DNA of 64,000 nt from an uncultured archaeon (GCA_964537835.1 CAZICS010000001.1:54275-118274); one strand, 5' to 3'; shown: positions 1 to 12,500, counted from the first letter of the stretch. A program made the numbers and translations. The notes: generated from the sequence alone by a model not told the origin.

Positions 1-1
1 G

Positions 2-235
2 ATTTCTTCGGAGATACACCTGCTTCAAGATGAACTAGAAAATTTGCTTTCCTTAATAGATAAAAATTCCCTTGAATACCAAAAAGGGAAGATTTCAAGA
101 GAAGTTTTTGAGTCTAATGAAAAAAGGTTGAAAAAGGAGAGTGCTTTAAGGATAAAGAAAATTAATCAGCTAGTTAAAGAAGGATTAGAATTGCTTAAAA
201 AAGCTGAAAAGGAGATTAAAGCTCAAAAAGCTTAG
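2..235 (+). CDS. Small charged protein with a SHOCT-like motif, 5'-truncated by the window edge. The ORF-track TTG at 44 is probably internal.
   Basis: The same frame is open from nt 2 (ISSEIHLLQDELENLLSLIDKNSLEYQKGKISREVFESNEKRLKKE...). Its N-part parallels SSSQIKLLQEELEDVIL of the adjacent paralog at 244..540. GKISREVFESNEKRL resembles the SHOCT consensus (G.IT.EEF...K..LL). Confidence 0.5.
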   Translation: MSSEIHLLQDELENLLSLIDKNSLEYQKGKISREVFESNEKRLKKESALRIKKINQLVKEGLELLKKAEKEIKAQKA

Positions 236-243
236 GTTTTTAT

Positions 244-540
244 ATGGAGGTAATTAAAAAAATCGATTTGAGTTCAATAGAAGAATTCATGAAAGAAATA
301 GTAGCTTCTTCTTCCCAAATAAAATTGCTTCAAGAGGAGCTTGAAGATGTGATATTACATGCAAACGAGAATGAAAAACTTTTTTCTGCTGGAAAAATTT
401 CAAAGGAAGTTTATAAGAAGAATAAAGCAAGGTTAGTAAAGGAGAAGAATCAACTAAGAAAAAAGATAAACGTGGAGTTGAGTAAATTGATAAAAATAAT
501 CAACGAGACAAAAAAATTAATGGAAGCAAACCGAATTTAA
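244..540 (+). CDS. Small K/E-rich protein with a SHOCT-like motif; tandem paralog of 2..235.
   Basis: ATG start, 98 aa. It shares the motif LFSAGKISKEVYKKNKARLVKEKNQLRKKI with 2..235 and with the 537..2477 protein. It overlaps the convergent 537..2477 gene by 4 nt. Confidence 0.55.
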   Translation: MEVIKKIDLSSIEEFMKEIVASSSQIKLLQEELEDVILHANENEKLFSAGKISKEVYKKNKARLVKEKNQLRKKINVELSKLIKIINETKKLMEANRI

Positions 541-2477
541 ACTTTTAATTTTTTAAGTTCGTTCAACAATTTCTTTTTCCTTTCGATTTGGCTTTCTTTA
601 GCTTTTCTCTTAACTTTTTTTCTTCTTTTCTTCTCTTTAGCCTTTCTCTTTCTCTCAATTTTCTTTATCTCTTCCTTTAATTTTTCCTTCAGTTTCTTTT
701 CCTTTTCTTTCTCAGGTACAACCTCCTTAGATTTCTTAACTTCTTCCTTTTTAACTTCCTCCACTTCTTCGGCACTTCTTTCAGTTCTTCCTTTCACTTC
801 TTTAGCAGCTTCTTCCTTGCTCTCTTCAATTGGTTTTTCAGTTCTTTCCTTCAGTTTCTTTTCCTCTTCTTTACTCTCAACTTTTTTCTCAACCTCTTCT
901 TTCTTTTCTTCTTCCTTACTTTCAACCATCTCTTCAACTTTCTTTTCCTCTTCTTTAACTTCCTCTTTTTCTGCACCACCAACAAACTTCTCCAATTTTT
1001 TCCATTCTTCCTTTAACTTTTCCTCTATCTCTTTAAGCTTCTTCTCGTTAGCTCTTTTAACGTTTTCATATTCTTCTTTGCTTATCCTCTTCTCTCTAAA
1101 CTGCTCTTTCAAAGATTCTAGGAATAAGAGGATATTTTCCCTTTCTCTTTTCAGGCTAATTATAGTCTCTGGAAGCTTTGTTTGGAGTAAGGGTAAAACT
1201 TTATCTATTTCATCCAACCTTTTTCTAATTTCAATCAAATCCTCTCTTATAACATCCAAATCTTTCTTACTCACATAACTTTCTAACTTTGTATTTAATG
1301 CATCAACGCTCTTAATCAATTCTTTTAAGCTTTCATCAATCTCATCTTGCTTAGCCTTATAGACCACAAACTCATCCAAACTTTTGCTCAAATCTATGAA
1401 TATCCTTTCTGTTTTAGCTCCAACTCTCTCTATATACCTTACTGCTTCCTTTACCTCATCTACTCTCTTTTGCACATCTCTTGTAACTTTCATCAAGTTT
1501 TCAATACTCCCTATAGATTTAAGAATCTCATAGACTTTGTTTATTTTTTCAGCTAGATCCTGAGACTTCCTCTCGAGCTTTTCAAGAGTTAGTTGATGCT
1601 TTTCTATTATATCGTTAAACTCTCTGAACTTCTTGTTTATTTGCTGAGGTTTTATTTCCGAAATTTCATCCTCGATCTTTTCCATTTTTACCATAGCTTC
1701 TCTCAAGCTCGCGTCTGTTTGGAAAACCATAGACCTCAATTCCCCAATATTCTCAGAAAGCGTTCTTATAGTCTCATCTGTTGCTTGCTTAGCTTCCCTA
1801 ATTGTATCGATCATAAGCTTTAATTTCTCGATTTCTACCATCGCATCGCTTTTTACCCCCTCTTTTTCTTCATAAGTTTCAGTGGGAGCTACAGGTTGAG
1901 TTTGAACTTCATATACAGATTCAGCTTGGGTCCCATAAGGAGACTCGCTTTCTTCTTTTTTCTTCCTCCCAAAAATTCTTTGAAAGAATCCGATTTTAGG
2001 TTTCTCCTCTTTTTTTTCTTCCTTACTCTCAACAGGTTTTGCTTTCTCCTCTTCAATTTTTGCTTGAGCTAGTTCTTCTGCAATCATCTCTCCAACAGTT
2101 TTCTCTTCACTTGCTTCTTCAGATTTTTCCTCCTCTTTAACTTCTTTCTTCTCATCCTTTTTTGTTTCAACTCCTCCCTCTTTTCTAACTTCCTCTCTAC
2201 TTTCAACTTCTTTCTCCTCTTCCTCAACTTTTTGCTTTAATTTAAGCTTACTTCCCCCAATTTTTTTCTCTATCTCTTTCAATCTCTTCAAATACTTTTC
2301 TTTCAACTCTCGATAACTTTTCTCCGAAATATTGGCCTTCCTGTACTCATCTTCAAGATAACCTATCATTTCCTCCAAGTCTCTTTTTTCCTTCATTAGA
2401 TCTTCTTTAACTTCTTTCCTCTTTTTCTTAACTTTCCTCCTTTTTTTTCTCGCTATTTTAACCACCCAACCTCTCAA
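537..2477 (-). CDS. K/E-rich coiled-coil protein with two SHOCT-like motifs. The start is uncertain: the ORF track gives TTG at 2477, and in-frame ATGs lie near 2399 and 2369.
   Basis: Long ORF with extreme Lys/Glu content and KEE low-complexity flanks. The central ~300 aa has heptad-like coiled-coil character. Motifs ANISEKSYRELKEKYLKRL and KRISKEEYENVKRANEKKL match the SHOCT-like pattern of the two small upstream proteins. It is on the same strand as the giant ORF, immediately downstream, and overlaps its stop. Confidence 0.6.
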   Translation of the reverse strand: MRGWVVKIARKKRRKVKKKRKEVKEDLMKEKRDLEEMIGYLEDEYRKANISEKSYRELKEKYLKRLKEIEKKIGGSKLKLKQKVEEEEKEVESREEVRKEGGVETKKDEKKEVKEEEKSEEASEEKTVGEMIAEELAQAKIEEEKAKPVESKEEKKEEKPKIGFFQRIFGRKKKEESESPYGTQAESVYEVQTQPVAPTETYEEKEGVKSDAMVEIEKLKLMIDTIREAKQATDETIRTLSENIGELRSMVFQTDASLREAMVKMEKIEDEISEIKPQQINKKFREFNDIIEKHQLTLEKLERKSQDLAEKINKVYEILKSIGSIENLMKVTRDVQKRVDEVKEAVRYIERVGAKTERIFIDLSKSLDEFVVYKAKQDEIDESLKELIKSVDALNTKLESYVSKKDLDVIREDLIEIRKRLDEIDKVLPLLQTKLPETIISLKRERENILLFLESLKEQFREKRISKEEYENVKRANEKKLKEIEEKLKEEWKKLEKFVGGAEKEEVKEEEKKVEEMVESKEEEKKEEVEKKVESKEEEKKLKERTEKPIEESKEEAAKEVKGRTERSAEEVEEVKKEEVKKSKEVVPEKEKEKKLKEKLKEEIKKIERKRKAKEKKRRKKVKRKAKESQIERKKKLLNELKKLKV

Positions 2478-3560
2478 TCCTCTTTTCTATCGATTCTAAG
2501 TAAGTTTCTGCCATTCTGAATGCACCTGTCTTAATCTTATCCTTAGCTATGTTAAGCTCGATCTCTATATCATAAGTGTCGATCTTCTTTTTCTTCAACT
2601 CCTCTATTTTCTTCTCGAACTCCTCTATTTTCTTATTTAGTTTCACATATTGATTAATTTCATCGTCTGTTAGAGCGAATGGTGAGTGTAGCAATGGCCT
2701 GAAGCTAATGAACCATGGTTTTCCATAGTTATACTCTGGGTTCTGGAACAGTCCAGTTCCTATGGTAAGCTTAGTAACCTTAGAAGCATAGTCAGCACCA
2801 TACTTCGATTTAACCCTTCCTATATCTCCTTCATACTTGGTTCTTAGCTGGATTTCGTTTGCGATATTTGCTCTTATTGCTCCCTTGAAATCTAGTAAAA
2901 CTTGTGAAATTAAGAATAGACCAATTCCCCACTTTCTGAATTCTCTGCAAGCTCTTTCTATGGCTACATAACCTCCCTTCCCTCCATATTTTGGCAACAG
3001 CCTGTGAACCTCATCGTATACTAACAACAGCTTAATTTCTTTAGATTCAGGAGGTCTCATGTCGAATATGGCTTGAATGCTTCTTCTGACAAATCTGTCG
3101 AGCTGCTCTGGTTTGAGTCTGTTCATCACGAACACGGTGATTTCTCCAGGTCTCATGTACTTCTTAATATCTATTGGCATATCTGGGTCCTCAACCAGTA
3201 CTATGTTAGTCTTGAATCCTCTTGCATCAGTTGGTTTCAATCCAAACTTTGGATAGAGGTCAAGCATAGCCTTGAGTCTGCATGGTTTCATGAAACCAGT
3301 CCATTGAGCAGTTGGGTCAAATACTATTACAGGAATCTTTCTCTTTAGCAGTTCTTCTGCACAAACCATTGCAGAGACAGTTTTACCAGATCCAGTACCA
3401 CCCGCAGCTATAGAATGCATTATTAGTTGAGACAAGTCAAGGTAAGCTTTAACATTAGTTTCAGCTATTTTTCCAACCTCTATTGAATTGGGCCCAGGCT
3501 GAGGCAATTTCTTAAATTCTACAGGAGCAATATACCTTGCTTTAGCAGCTTTAGCAGCTC
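2458..3560 (-). other. Cytoplasmic HerA/FtsK-superfamily (DUF87/AAA_10-like) P-loop ATPase domain at the C-terminus of the giant protein.
   Basis: Walker A IAAGGTGSGKT is encoded at about 3381..3419. A D-P-x-x-x-W motif (VIVFDPTAQWTG) follows it. Walker B LLLVYDEVHRLLP is encoded at about 3007..3033. The domain lies right after TM2 and ends in a K/E-rich coiled-coil tail (KLNKKIEEFEKKIEELKKKK). Confidence 0.65.
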
Positions 3561-6500
3561 TATAAGCAGCTATCCATTTCATTCCTATTATAATGGAAGG
3601 AATGCCAACGAACAAGATTATGTAAGTTAACCAATGCATGAAAATAGTTCTTAAGATAAATAGCGGCAATGGCAAAACAGTTACATCAAAATTGTCTGAA
3701 GCAGTTGCATACTTAGTTCCATACCAATAGGTTGCATTCACTTCTATCAGATACTTACCTTCTGGCGTATCCTTTGGAATTTGAATACTCTCTCTATAAG
3801 TTAAAACTGTCCTTACTGCTTTAGTTTCCTTGCTCGTTGTTATTACCTTACTTGGATCGTACAAGGATCTTATGGTGTAGGTTACTGTTATATCCTCAAT
3901 TTTCTCGGTTTGACCCATGTTTATTAGCTTAACTTCAAAAGTTAGATTTTGTCCAGGATTTACAGCTTTTGAAAGTGCAGTTACCTTTACGTCTAGCAAT
4001 GGCTCTAGAACGGATTTAACAGTAATGGTTACCGGTATTCTATCCTCTACATCACCAGCTTTAACTACTATGTCACCAGTATAAATTCCGGGTGCTATGG
4101 TTACTGGAGCATAAGCTCTTATAGCTGTTGTTCCCAAATCTTTTGGACCTACGTTAAACACAGGCTTTTGAATGGTTAGGAGTTGAAATGCAGGACCTTC
4201 TACGGTTATTCTTACGCTGATAGTTTTGTCGAGATTATTGGTTACATGGATGGAGAACAATTTTTCTTCTCCTGGTACTAGAGTAGTTTCTAATAAAGTT
4301 GACTTAATTTCTACAGGAGCTAGAGTAACGTTTGCCCCACCAGGCCCAACTCCAGGAGGTATGGCAGGAATTGCCGGCAAGGTGATGGAGGGTGCAGCAC
4401 CTGCTGCGGGAGGAATTACTGGAGTGGGCGCAGGTGGTAATGTAGGACAGTCGGTTGGGCAATTATTAGTCGATTCTCCATATTCACTTTCACATTCCCC
4501 GTTTCCACAAATAAATTCAGCTATTATGTAGGCACCAGTTAAATCAGTTAAATTGGCTTTTACATAGAATGCTGATAAGTTAACTGAGTTATCACTGTTA
4601 TCTCTGTTCGGATTTGTAATTCTTACCCATAGGTTGTTTTGAGCGGTTGTTATCTTTGAAGTCCAATTTCCTCCATACTTGTAAATTCCTATCCTAGTTG
4701 GGTCATAAATAGGAACATTGCACCCACCTTCAACACAATCTGAAAAGTTTATGTATAAAATTGAGTAAGATGGTTTGAGAATCGTGTAAACATAAATTGA
4801 TTTAATTGCACTACTAGTCATTCTTACTGGAGGAATCTCTCCAAATATTATCGGGTTGAAGTAGTTTTGAGTTAAGCTCAAATTGTACATTTCTATTCTA
4901 TGAGTAAATCCAAATTCTTTAAGCTGGATTTTTAAATCATATGATTTTGCATCTATAGTTTCATTGTAATAACCAGTAGTTAGGTTTGGACCAAAATCGA
5001 ACCTAGTTATGTTTGTACCCACGTCAAAGAATGTGAAATTAAGATTGATTGGAGGTTCGCCCAAAAGTTCAACATTCTTTGCATACCCACTAAATATAAC
5101 TGTCGGGTAAATCTCAAAAGTTTTAGTTTCAAGAGCACAATTTCCTGAAAGGTCACAAGCAGTTACATTTATAGTATAATTGCCCAATTGAGAGGTATTC
5201 GAGAAGTTGAATTCGTATAAGTAAGTATCATCGGCTTTTGAAACAAAAGTTAAAGTAATTTTTTCAGTTGAATTGTCAGGGTATTTAATAGTTCCGCTCA
5301 CATTCTTTATTCCACCTGCTTCTACTATACTCGCCCTTATGTTTACCGTAGAGTTTGCAGGTATTCTTACAGGTATTATTAAGGTTATGAGGGGTGGTAC
5401 GTTGTCCTTATAAACTATTGAATCCTCTTCTACATCACTCCTAACCAATACCCTTGTTCCGTTATAAGTAGCAGTTATATTCAAGCTATAAACTCTAGCT
5501 ATAGCTAGGTCAGGAGCTATAAATCTAACTCTCCACAATTTTTCTGTACTGTTGTAGAAAGCTAGGCTAATGTTTGCGAATTTTGAAATAGTGGAATTGA
5601 ATATAGAAACGTTAAAGCTTACGTTTTGAGTTACATAACTTGAGTTTGCACTTATGTTTACCTTTGCTTCAACAGTGTCGTTTGGAAGTATTCCTGTTAA
5701 GGGTTGGACTTTTGTCGGATAAACTATTTTAACCTTGTAGACACTAACAAACATGCTTACAAAAGTTGTTTGCATTTTAACAGAAGCATTTTCTCTTAAT
5801 GCACCTGTAATATTGCTTATTATAGTTCCTGTATAGTTTGTATCATAGGGTATATCTGGAGACGAATAGTTTATATAAACCGTCTTTTGACCAGCATATG
5901 GTAAAGTAATTTCACTTTCACTCAATCTTAAGTAAGATTTAATCGTTCCATTAACTACCAAACTCAAGTTTATCTCAGCATTTCCTGTATTTATGATAGT
6001 TAAACTTCCAAAGTAGCCAGTATCATTTTGTAAAACACTTCTATGAATTTCTTTTTCCACATGTTCCCAAGAGATGTTAACAGGGACGCTTATGTAAATT
6101 GGTAGGTAAGCTGCTTTACCATTCCAACTTATTTCTATACTTCCATTCCAGGTCCCTGTTTGATAGTTAGTTGGAACTTTAATGCTTACATTAACCTTTC
6201 TCGTCTCCCCAATCGGAATCAAAGTGAAATTACTTGGTTTAAACGAAACGTTAAAGTCTTCACATACTTTCCCACTCTTACACGTTATGCTTACATTTGT
6301 TACATTCTCATTTCCTATAGATTTCAAGGTAAAGCTTGCATTTCCTATACTTCCACCAGGAATTATCTTGGTTATATTATCTTCTAAAACTCTAAGCTTT
6401 GGATTTGGCGTAACATTTATTAAGATGCTCTTCCTGCTTGAATTATAGGTATTGTTAAGATTTCTCCATCTTGCAGTCAGGTTTATGTAGTAAATTCCTG

Positions 6501-9500
6501 CTTTAGTACCGTTTGGGATTATTATTTTGGTTAGGTTAGATTTAGAAGTCCACTTAAGAATAGTACCAAATTTGAAGAAGTCCGGTGTAGCACTTACATT
6601 GCTAGAAGAATTTATGGTTAGGTTAGAATCGAAAGCTCTTGAACCGCCAGTATTGTTTAGAGTAATATTAATCGTGAAGTTCTGACCATACTCGATTGTT
6701 ATATCATCTGCCGTTATTACTGAAACATTCGGCAATATTTCTAGCCAGGTTGTTGCCGAACCTTCTACAGCTGTTGGTGAAGTACAAGCTTGTAAGGAAC
6801 GAGTATCGTTTGCACATATTCTAATCAAGTGAATACCTTCCATGAGACTTATATAAGTTGTGTTATAAATATCTCCTGCAAACTTCTCCATGAATTGAAT
6901 GTAGGTGGAACCGTTCGGTAGGGTTACATTTATCCATGCTTTATCAACAGCAAAGTTATCTGTTATCTTTGCTTGAACTGTCACATTTTCATAACCAATT
7001 TCGAATACAAGCGGTTTGATCAAAACATCAGTAATAATTGGTGGGATGTCCGTTACATTTAAGGTAATGTTTGTAATTCTTTCAGGTGGATTTGCAAAAG
7101 TTACGTTTCTTATTACTATTTTTACTGTATAAATTCCCTCTATAGCATTTGCAGGAACACTGTAATCTACGGTAACATTTCTTGAAATCTGTTTCTCTAG
7201 ATCAAATGCTCTAGTTTGAGGAACTCCTGCAGGATAAGCTGAAATAAAGATACTACCATTTCCTTGCTTTAGAATTTCGAACGGTATCTTAACATTTCCT
7301 ATGTTCTTTACAGTTATATTTCCTATAGTACCACTTGTATTCAAAGGCAAGAGAACTGTTCCAAATGTTTCTGGCTCTCTTAGCCAAGAAGTATTCAAAG
7401 GTATGCTTATATTCAAAAGCATTTCATCAAATCCAGCATTGCTTGTACTTGCTCTTATCTTAGTCCAATATATGCCTGGAGATTGACCAGCAGGTATGGT
7501 TATGTAAATATGGGAGAGCATGCTTTCTCCAGCGAGTAATAAGCCAGTTTCGCTTGGATTAATAGTCAAAACACATAGAGGACAATCTATTGCAAGATTT
7601 CCTCCTACTGCACTCAACTCAACATCCCTAAGTTCATCATTTCCAGAGGCTATGGTTGTTACATTCCCAACATAAGTTGTTGCATCATGAGGTGCCGTCT
7701 TGTTTATACTCTTTGGAGTAATTTCTACCACTGGGTTTGAAGAGACAGTTATTGAAGTTAAGTTTGAAGCATAATCTATTGAAAGATCAGGATTTCTCCA
7801 AGTTGAGATAACATAAGTTCTTATTAGCTGGGGTGCTGTTTTAGCTGGTACGGTAACTCTAAAGGTCCAATTACAAGATTGGCCAGCGTAAAGAGTTCCA
7901 CATTCTTTTCTAGTTTCGTTATAAACCAGAGAACCAATAGGTTCTTCTTGATGAGTTAGATTAACCGAATAAGCAGTAGCTGGTCCAAGGTTAATGAACG
8001 TAACGTTTACTTCAAACGTAAAGCTTTGGGTTTGTGTTATACCATAGGCTACTATTTCTTGAGGTTCTTGTTTAACTAAGCCAGAAATCTTACCCCAAAC
8101 GCTTAAAGTACCTACAAAAGTACTGTTGATGTTATATTCTGGTCCAGCATCCTTTGCGTATACCGTAACATTATAGGTTCCTCCTATTGGTGGAGTATAA
8201 ATTGCTCTATAGGTTGCTTTGAAGAAACCAAAGCTTTCTTCGGGTACAGTAATGTTAGACATCGGAAGTATTACTGGTGTGCCATTTGGCATGGTTATAT
8301 TTGCCCATGCGGAGACTACCCGATAATTATCTATTATAGTTGCAGTAATGTTTGTTGAGTTTAAGTTTGCTTCTATGCTTGAATTGGGTAAGAGCGAGGT
8401 ATTATAAATCTTGGGAGGTTCTATATCTTTAACCCAAATAGTTTCTGTAGCTTCTTTTATATTTGCTGAATAGTATTGGGTAACATTATCACCTATCTTG
8501 CATTTGAATGTAATATTTCCTTTTTGTTCTGGAGTAAAGTTATAGCTTGCATAACCAGTGACATTAGTCTGATAACTCCCATTGAATATGTATTCAGTAG
8601 AAGGCTCCCACTTGTAAGAGAAGTTGACAGTATAATCAGAAATTCCAGCCTTGGACACGCTATCTTCAACTTTACAGGTTGGTGCAAAAGTATTTGGATA
8701 GGGAACTATTCCTGTAGGCGAAATCCAAATTACATCTGCTAAGCTTGTTATGATTATGCTTACATTATCTATTCCATCATCGTAGTAGGGTAGGGTTGCG
8801 ACTGCCATTATTTGATGCGGTCCTGTCTTTTGTTCAGCAACTATTGATTGAGCCAAGAAAGTTTCCATTCCTTCAGCAATCTGTGCAGTCTCGTTATACC
8901 ACTTAACACTTGGATTTAACTCTGCAAAACTTTCTCCATTCTCGCTAGTACCATTTGCCTTCAGAGGAATTGATTGTGATTTAGAGTAATAACTTCCATT
9001 TACAGGCTCTATTATGGTCAAATTGAGAATTCCTTTTATTGTTATGATAGTTGTGTTTGTATCTGAATCCTCATTTTGTGGTCGAGTTGCATTTATGTAA
9101 AATGTATACGGGCCTGGTATCCATGTGTCAGCTACATTAAAGTTGATTAAAGAGCACCAACCGCTTGAATTTGTTAAGCAGCTATCCAAGAAATGAGTTG
9201 AATTATAGAAGCTAACGTTTGCATTATCCGCATCCCCTATTCCTGCATCTTTAACATGAACGCTTATATTAGTTGCATGAGGACTGAATGTATCATTTCT
9301 ATAAATCCAAGCATATTGGCTCACTATTTTGTCGATTATTAGCGGTCTTGATAACCTAATCCAAGTTTCTATCTGCGAAATTGAAGTATTATAATAAAGA
9401 GTTGAATTATCCTCTATTGCACAAGTTAAATTGTACCATCCAGCAGCTTCTCCGCTTGTATACCAAGTAAGACTTGCATATCCATCAGCATTTGTTAATC

Positions 9501-12500
9501 TTATTCCTAATAGTTCACCATTCTTTAGGAATTTAACCGAATAATTAGCTATAGATTGAGTAGTGTTACTATCTCTTACATGACAGGTAATTGTTATTGG
9601 CACACCTGCTGAAGAACTTGTTCCATTGGATGGAGAAATAGAATCTAATTCGCTCCATCCATATATGTAAACTAAGCTACTGTTGCTATTAGAGTCATAA
9701 TATTCCCTTGAAGCGTTCGCATAAATTATTTCGCTACCAAGCTTGTAATTCTCTGGGACATCCCATAGAGTATTATAACCACTTGCTAAGAGATGCCAAC
9801 TAGAATTATACCAGTTTATGGTTGCATCTGCTATTTGCTGATTACAATCATCGCTTACGCTGGCATTCAAAGTAGTTTTAATCCCCCTATTGATTATAGT
9901 TCCTGTTAATGGATGAATAAGTGAAACGTTCAATTGACCATAAACTGTTAAAGTAACGTTTGATGTGTTAACAATCTTATAACAGCTAAATCCATCTTTT
10001 TCTACAGTTCCACCAATCCAGTATTGTTTTCCAGCTATAGTATCGCAAGTTGGGTCATGGTAAGCGTTACAATGACCGTTCAAGGAAGTACAGTTATATG
10101 CTAGCGTATAAGTTGATCCATCTTCAGTAACCCAAATGGTTCCGTTGGCTCCGGTAACATAAGCTCCATTATCTGAATCATAAATTATAAATTCTAGGAA
10201 TGCCTGATTATTCCCTATCCTTCTTACACTTGAATTGCTGGCTGGATTTATGCTCAAGCTTACATCATCTCTTTCCAAAGTAATATTTTTAGAAATTGTT
10301 TCGTCAGTGAAGTTGAAAGGATCTGTTGTATTGAATTTGTAGTAGAGATAAGGAGATTGTCTAGCATAATCTTCGCATGTAAATCTATGTTTAAACGTAA
10401 CGTCTACGCTTATTCCTTGAACGCTCTTCGACTCAACCAAATACCAAGTTATATTGTCATAGCTCTTCCATAAGCTTAGATTATTTATATTTAGGTCGGC
10501 ATCTGTGAAAGTAACTGTAAAGGTATAGAGTTCTCCCCAACCTCCGAATGAGTGGTCAACTCTTGGGTTGCTTAAAGAAGGTTTATCTCCAAGGAAGAAT
10601 GCCTTTACCTTTAGTGTGGAGTTGCTAGCATAATAATCTTTGCTTACATCCATACTAACATTATACCATCCTTTTGGCTTTCCTGCTGTGCTTTTCGTAC
10701 AATTATACCATCCTTGTCCTTCATCCCAGCCATCATTATCTGCTATAGTGCACTGATAAGGAGAACCCACTTGAGGTATGAACGTATAAACAACAGTTGC
10801 ACCTTCAACAGCTTCACATTCGTCATGTAAGCTTCCATTTATGGATACAAGATCACCTCTTAAGTATCCTTCCCCATCTGGATAGACGATTGAAGGTAGC
10901 AATAGGGATTTAATTGTTAGAGTATAATTGGTTGAGTTCTTATCCTTATAACAAACATCATTATAAACTCCGCCAAACCACTTTTGAACACCTGTTTTGA
11001 AGTCACATCTTGTTTGCCCAGGAGGTAACTCTAGCGGGAATTTATAAATCAAGTTACTTTCTAGGTCTGTTTCTGTAATCTTTTGGCTAGCAAAAATATT
11101 ACCATCCTTAGTTACCCAAAAGCTTCCATTTACTCCATAACCTGCAAGATTTCCTGAGTCCGCATCTATAACCTTTAGAGTTAAGTTTATGTAAGCACTT
11201 CCATTTCTCCAAACCCATTCGTTATCCCCGCTAACCAATTGCAAACTTACATCATCCTTTTCTAAGGTGAAATTCTTTGGTTCGATAGTAGTTTCGTACA
11301 ATTCTCCATAAAGCAATGGACTGTTAGGATCATCTGTTGCATTAAACTTGAATTCCCAAATATGTGGATAAGGATCGTCTCTGCTTGCTTCACAGCTCCC
11401 TCTTGTCCAGCTTAGGGTTACAGTTTTGTTTATAACTGGAGAATCTAAATTCGTTTTATTTGCTTGAATCCAACTAGTTGAACCATACCTTCTTACGTAT
11501 AAAGTTAAATTGACAAAATCATAATCCTCATCTGTTACTGTAACATTGAAGTAGAACCTTTCTCCCCATCCTCCAACCTCACTACCTTGAGCAGATATTA
11601 CAGAGAGATTAGATAAAACTGGTTTTGTTTCTATGAAGAATTCTTTTGTTCTTGTTATAGACCTATTGATGAAGTATGGACCTGAAACGTTTATCCTTAC
11701 ATCGTACCATCTTGCCTTCATGTCAAAAGTATTTCTGTTACATCTATAAACTCCTGTTGCAGGGTTTGTTATTTCTGTACAACTATAACTTTTACCCGTC
11801 TCATTATGGACAGCTTCCATGGTTATTATAGCTGGGTCTATCTCACCACCACAGTCATCCTTTATTGCTACCTCTTCAGCAATTCCAGGATAGCCTGCAT
11901 CCAAAGTTACATTTTCTTCTGAGCGTAAGACTGTATCATCTGTATAATCTCCTTGTCTATATCCACTTGGATAATAGACGAAATCTCCATATATTTCTAA
12001 AGTGTAGTTTGTTGTATTTTGTTGAATAAAGCAAGCATCAGTCACACTCCCTTTCCATTTCTGCAACCCAGGATAATAATTACAGTCTGGATTGAAGTAA
12101 TAGGTTACGTATCCAGAAGAGTTTGTTTTATTAGTTTGCGCTAGGAAAGTGCTTCCATCTTTGGTTACATAGAAGGTTACTGTAGCATTATAAGCTGGAA
12201 CATTTCTATCTGTGTCATTAACTCCTAGTACAAGCAAAATAGTATTTCCTATATCGCTATCAGACCTATTAACCTTAGAATTATTCCCTGAAATGTAATA
12301 GATTACTACATCATCTTTTATTATGCTTGGAGCGGGTATGTTGCTAGTATTAAATATGTTTGTTCCATCATCGATTTGCCATTTGAAGTAAACCAAGCTC
12401 GTATTTATTTCACTACATTCAAAATTACTAACGTTTACTTCACATGTTCCTTTTCCATTGTAAACAGTGTCATTACCTCTATAAACCCAACCCTTTGAGG

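Noticed and set aside
44-235. The ORF-track start (TTG at 44) for the first small protein.
   Set aside because: The same frame is open back to nt 2, and the upstream residues align with the paralog at 244..540. The gene most likely begins beyond the window edge.
817-1278. Plus-strand 153-aa ORF rich in Ser/Phe/Leu (and similar plus-strand ORFs at 1347..1556 and 1593..1823).
   Set aside because: It is antisense to the K/E-rich gene 537..2477. Reverse-complementing AAG/GAA-rich codons gives TTC/CTT low-complexity frames, which are spurious.
4330-4470. The GC-rich patch as a horizontally acquired insert.
   Set aside because: It is in-frame and encodes a Pro/Ala/Gly linker. The composition is explained by codon content and does not indicate foreign origin.
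3073-8742. Multiple short plus-strand ORFs inside the giant gene, for example 3073..3348, 4226..4531 (Pro/Gly/Ala-rich), 6160..6448, 7301..7486 and 8476..8742.
   Set aside because: All are antisense to one long coherent ORF with a consistent domain structure. 4226..4531 arises merely from the GC-rich Pro/Ala linker codons. There is no independent evidence for any of them.
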